Positions 34,839 through 39,144 of a DNA stretch of 39,144 nucleotides are shown here, one piece after another. The stretch comes from Octopus bimaculoides. Taxonomy: Eukaryota. How positions within the stretch are numbered: the first letter of the stretch is position 1; every line of letters begins with the position of its first letter. Location: the NCBI RefSeq assembly GCF_001194135.2, contig NC_068981.1, positions 187,508,241-187,547,384 of the forward strand, read 5' to 3'. Made by a program: the position numbers and the translations under genes. The notes under the pieces are model-generated. The model worked only from the letters and a program-made list of their open reading frames with translations, was not told the DNA's origin and made no database searches.

Positions 34839-36957
34839 AGATACTACAGAATCAGCTTGTAGAAGAGTGTATCGATTACTAATGGCATTTGAGCTTTCAC
34901 CCTATTCTGTCTTTTAAAGATAACATATTTCTCTATGTCTTCCACTTCCAATGAAAGATAAGATCTGTCTCCTAGACTTTCTCCGCTAGAAAGCCCGCTG
35001 CGTTCTTAGAAATACAGAAATGTATTAATTTTCTCCTCCTGCGAGCTTTTATGTTTGTGGAAGCCTGGCGTCTACTAGGTGAACAAGATATTGCCAAGCG
35101 TAAGATCTTTCAACGGAATGTTCTGTTTAATCTTCTTAGAAAGATAAACCTATACCACAGATAGTCTTTCCTTGCAATGCGCCAACACACTCAGAGGATA
35201 CAAATTTTCGGTTTCTTTCCTCAAAGAAATTTAACAAATTCTTAAGGCTTCACCTCCATTCTAATCAAAGTATTCCGTCTTTCTTTACACACCGATATAA
35301 ACTGGATCTGTTTGTATATAGTTTTGCCAACAGATTCATATTTATTCAACTTTCAGAAGAAATCTCCGCAAATATTGCTTTGCAACAAATAAATGTTAAT
35401 GATGGATTCCAAAATATCTTGCCCCATTAAATAAAATTCATGTAGTGGGAAAATTTTTTTAAAAACAATAATAATTTTATCCGTAATAAAAAGAAAAAAA
35501 AAACCTTTAATGTCAATGACAATTATCGGCGAGAAACGCAAAGGAGACAATTCCAGAATTCAAATTGACTTAGCATGAAATAAAGGGACTGAACCTGGTC
35601 TTTATTCAACAAATATTATTCTTATTTTGTATATTTCACTCAGAAATAATGATAGCATTTTCGGTTATAAGAAATTACTAATATATTGTGGTCAGAGAAA
35701 ATATGTAATTTGATAGTGTTGGGGAAAAAGTATGCAAGGAATCATGTTATCCACTTTTCGAAAGGAGGAAACGTAAAGTAGATCTCGGCAAACTGTTATT
35801 ATCAAACTACTCTAACACTGTAATTATCAAAGTACTCTGTCATTTAGTTTTCAAGTTATTTCTTATAGTTTCACTAGAACAGGCGTTAAAACCCACGCTG
35901 TTTTAACTGTTAGATATAATGCACTTACGTAATGAGCGTGTAACACATCAAGGTATATCACCACTTTGTAGTTTTCGTTCTACTTTGATGGACGCCATTA
36001 GCAGGAAGTAAGCCTTTTGTTCCTGATGACTAACCATTTGTGACGATATCGTTTCCGCCACTGGCGTTATATTAAACTGACACTTCAATATTCTATACAT
36101 AATCTAAATTGACTGATATTGGTTTGGGTTCTGTCTGTCATATCGTTATTATTGTTTCTGTTTCGCCTTAAGTTAATCTTGATCCAACAGACTTATGATA
36201 AATGGTGTTTCAATCATGATAATAACATTTTTGGCATAGCGTATCTGGGACTACGTTCTCGAACGTACCTGTCCTTTTAAGAGATGATAGTAGTGAGGCG
36301 TAGAAGCTCTCTGGTTGATGTGATTTTGAGGTTTTAGTCATCGTTGATGTATTCTACATTGCTGCTCTTGTATTTTTGTTTCGTTTTCTTTGTGCGTATA
36401 TTTCTTGTTCGTTACTACGATCGATCATTGTTATTATAAATGATTTGATTTATGCATTACGAAGAAAAGGAGACTAGAAAACAAATATTCTATGCATATA
36501 CTAGAGGGTCCAAGTAGGATTACGACCAACTTGGTCGCAACCGATTTTCTTTTTCTTTCTGTTTTTTTTTTTCTGTTTTTATGAAACACAATGAGTGACT
36601 GTTTATGTTGTCGTTTCAGCCCAGAGCGAGCCACTACTGTCTGTAAACTAATATAAAAGCCAATAATGGTTCAGAAATTCCCGACTGAAGGCAGAAACGG
36701 TCCNNNNNNNNNNNNNNNNNNNNNNNNNNNNNNNNNNNNNNNNNNNNNNNNNNNNNNNNNNNNNNNNNNNNNNNNNNNNNNNNNNNNNNNNNNNNNNNNN
36801 NNNNNNNNNNNNNNNNNNNNNNNNNNNNNNNNNNNNNNNNNNNNNNNNNNNNNNNNNNNNNNNNNNNNNNNNNNNNNNNNNNNNNNNNNNNNNNNNNNNN
36901 NNNNNNNNNNNNNNNNNNNNNNNNNNNNNNNNNNNNNNNNNNNNNNNNNNNNNNNNN

Positions 36958-37009
<52 letters not shown>

Positions 37010-37261
37010 TGTGTGTACAAACACGCGTGTATATAAATATAGAGACATCTATATTCACTGGCAATGCAATGACACGTTCGAATTAAACGCAAGATATCAG
37101 TTATCCAATAGCATACTAGTTCGATGTATGTTTGTTAGAATTACAATGGTTTGACACTTATCCGTTTAAGCTAACGGCAAGAATAAGACAAATTGCCTTA
37201 ATATCATTAGAAAAAGAAAACCTCAACAAAAATCAAAGAATGAAACGAACCAATGTGTTCA

Positions 37262-37465
37262 CTTCAACACGATTACTTGGTTTGCTCGATGCTATAAATA
37301 ACAGTGAAATATCACTCAAAGCCTACACTGCATCTCGAAAAAAAGTGACGTACACATTAGATAATGTATTGGAGGAAACCATTAATGGACGGGATGGCTA
37401 CGGCTAGAATGCATTTGATTATCAGTTTGGTCGATTAGGATTCAAGTGAAGTTGAACAACACCAC
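37262..37465 (+). repeat. Interspersed repeat family C copy, decayed
   Basis: ggtttgctcgatgctataaataacag...acacattagataatg...gacgggatggctacggctagaatgcatttgattatcag...gaacaacacc. Confidence 0.55.
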
Positions 37466-37794
37466 CACCTCCAAGAAAAACAACAGCAAAAACACAAAAA
37501 AAGTGTAGTAAGTGTCTCGATTCCTTCCGACTAAAACATTATTTACAAAGAAATAGATTAAGTACTAAAGAAGCATAAAAACTAAGAAACTTAGATAAAG
37601 AACCAATCAAAATCGTAGGGTCGATATAATTTTCTCTTTTCTTCCTATCAAAAGATTTCTGGTCTTGCACCAATGTAGGAATACCCATTTATTTTTCTTT
37701 TAGCCGAAAGGGATGGCAGCATATAATGTTTATTGTATTGCATTTGCCGCGAGCCATTGTGACTGAAAAACGAAAAGTGGTCGGCGGATGGAAT

Positions 37795-37950
37795 CGTCCG
37801 TCTTTATTCTCTGAGTTCAAATTCCGCCCAGGTCAAATGTGCTTTTTTGGGGGGCGATAAGATAAGTGCCAGCTGCGTACTGGGGTCGATATAATCGACT
37901 AGCTCCTCTCCCCAAATTTCAGGTTCTTGTGCCTTTAGTAGAAAGGATTC
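37795..37950 (+). mobile_element. SINE-A, decayed; its tail runs into (TTC)n
   Basis: ctgagttcaaattccgcc...gtcgatataatcgactag...gtgcctttagtagaaaggatt. Confidence 0.8.
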
Positions 37951-38161
37951 CTCTTCTTCTTCTTCTTCTTCTTCTTCTTCTTCTTCTTCTTCTTCTTCTT
38001 CTTCTTCTTCTTCTTCTTCTTCNNNNNNNNNNNNNNNNNNNNNNNNNNNNNNNNNNNNNNNNNNNNNNNNNNNNNNNNNNNNNNNNNNNNNNNNNNNNNN
38101 NNNNNNNNNNNNNNNNNNNNNNNNNNNNNNNNNNNNNNNNNNNNNNNNNNNNNNNNNNNNN

Positions 38162-38193
<32 letters not shown>

Positions 38194-38252
38194 TTTTTCT
38201 TCTTCTTCTTCTTCTTCTTCTTCTTCTTCTTCTTCTTCTTCTTCTTCTTCTT
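37951..38252. repeat. (TTC)n microsatellite spanning an N gap
   Basis: Direct reading; source of the poly-Leu and poly-Lys ORFs. Confidence 0.95.
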
Positions 38253-38649
38253 TCTATCTGCTGCGGTTTTGTACCTGTTTGTGTACCGGCTGATATAAAT
38301 ATCCGCTGTCACTCACGGGATCGATAATAGAGGCCATCCTGCAAATTTCAAGGAATCTGATAAGTTTGTTAGACTCTTCATGTAAACATTTCCAACTCAG
38401 TTCGAGACTTCATTACCATGATAGTATAAAAGCAGCAGTTTTGGCAGTTACACCACCATTTCCACTATGACTTCCTACCAAATTCATACACGTTCAGCAA
38501 ATTCTTGTGGTCCTTCACGGAATTTACTGTCGCATCCAGATTCTTCCTTAATCTACCATCCATTCCTCCATCCATCCATATACACACGCACTTATAAATC
38601 TATATCTGGACGATTTCTGCATTCTTTTCAGAGACTAAATATTTGATGA

Positions 38650-39144
38650 GGCGACACATCTATCCTTAACAGTCCCTGACAAAAATATCTCGTAGATTTT
38701 CCCTACATCTTTAGATTAGCATATCTCAGAATATAGTGGTTTATCATTATCCAGGACCATTTCCGGTTATGACTGTCCCTTATCTTTCCTATTGATGTTT
38801 CATAATGAGGACGTAACTTCTAGTCCAGTCATTTTTGTCGTTTTCTATTGTCTAAGAACGAGTAGCCAAAACCAATATGGCTGATTGATTCTTCAAACAC
38901 ATTCGCTACTGTTACTTATATACACTGCCTCAGCAGGATTTTAGAAGTTTCTGGCAGGAAGGCTTCCTTGCTCTTATTCTTTGCTTTGGCTCTTGTGTTT
39001 CTCGGCTTGAAAATGTCCCTTTTTAATCGACTTCCATTTTTCAATCTTGGCCTCTTCCAAGCTCTTCCTGCTATTCTTTTAACATGACATTATTGCTCCC
39101 AGTTTATCATCGTAGTTGTCCATTACTTCAACCGCTATTTAATT
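38650..39144 (-). pseudogene. Possible very decayed RTE-type LINE ORF2 fragment (endonuclease-RT linker)
   Basis: Fragmentary ...RQCI*..., ...LKM*GKST... resembling ARQCV.../KMKxGKxxGP; many stops. Confidence 0.25.

Noticed and set aside
34850-35300. Possible L1/Tx1 ORF2 C-terminal relic on the minus strand (would be a candidate autonomous partner)
   Set aside because: Too many stops and frameshifts to recognise a motif, and the shared tail is absent; needs tBLASTn or an HMM search.
37132-37407. 91-aa plus-strand ORF
   Set aside because: Its 3' half overlaps a family C repeat copy and no homology is recognised.

Overview
AT-rich, repeat-saturated eukaryotic non-coding DNA with N-gaps, mostly at microsatellites. 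No host protein-coding gene, rRNA, tRNA or CRISPR array could be supported. The tRNA-derived SINEs resemble the highly abundant families I recall from octopus (Octopus sp.) genomes; this is recall, not a database hit. SINE-A, -B, -C and -D are my working labels. The window holds many SINE copies, decayed RTE and R4/Dong LINE fragments, mariner and pogo/Tigger relics, two MITEs, a Helentron-type non-autonomous element and microsatellites. The main observation is an apparent sequence-specific retrotransposition system. Three separate insertions (2659-4344, ~13234-13435, 13678-13722) sit at the same nucleotide position in the tRNA-like head of SINE-A, each with a ~15-17 bp target-site duplication (TSD) of about AGAAACGTTAGCACG, and they share a ~45-bp 3' tail. 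The inserts are (i) a 1.7-kb element encoding only a gag/ORF1-like zinc-knuckle protein and no reverse transcriptase (RT), (ii) a tail-swapped SINE-A variant and (iii) a 45-bp 5'-truncated tail. The autonomous partner LINE is not in the window.
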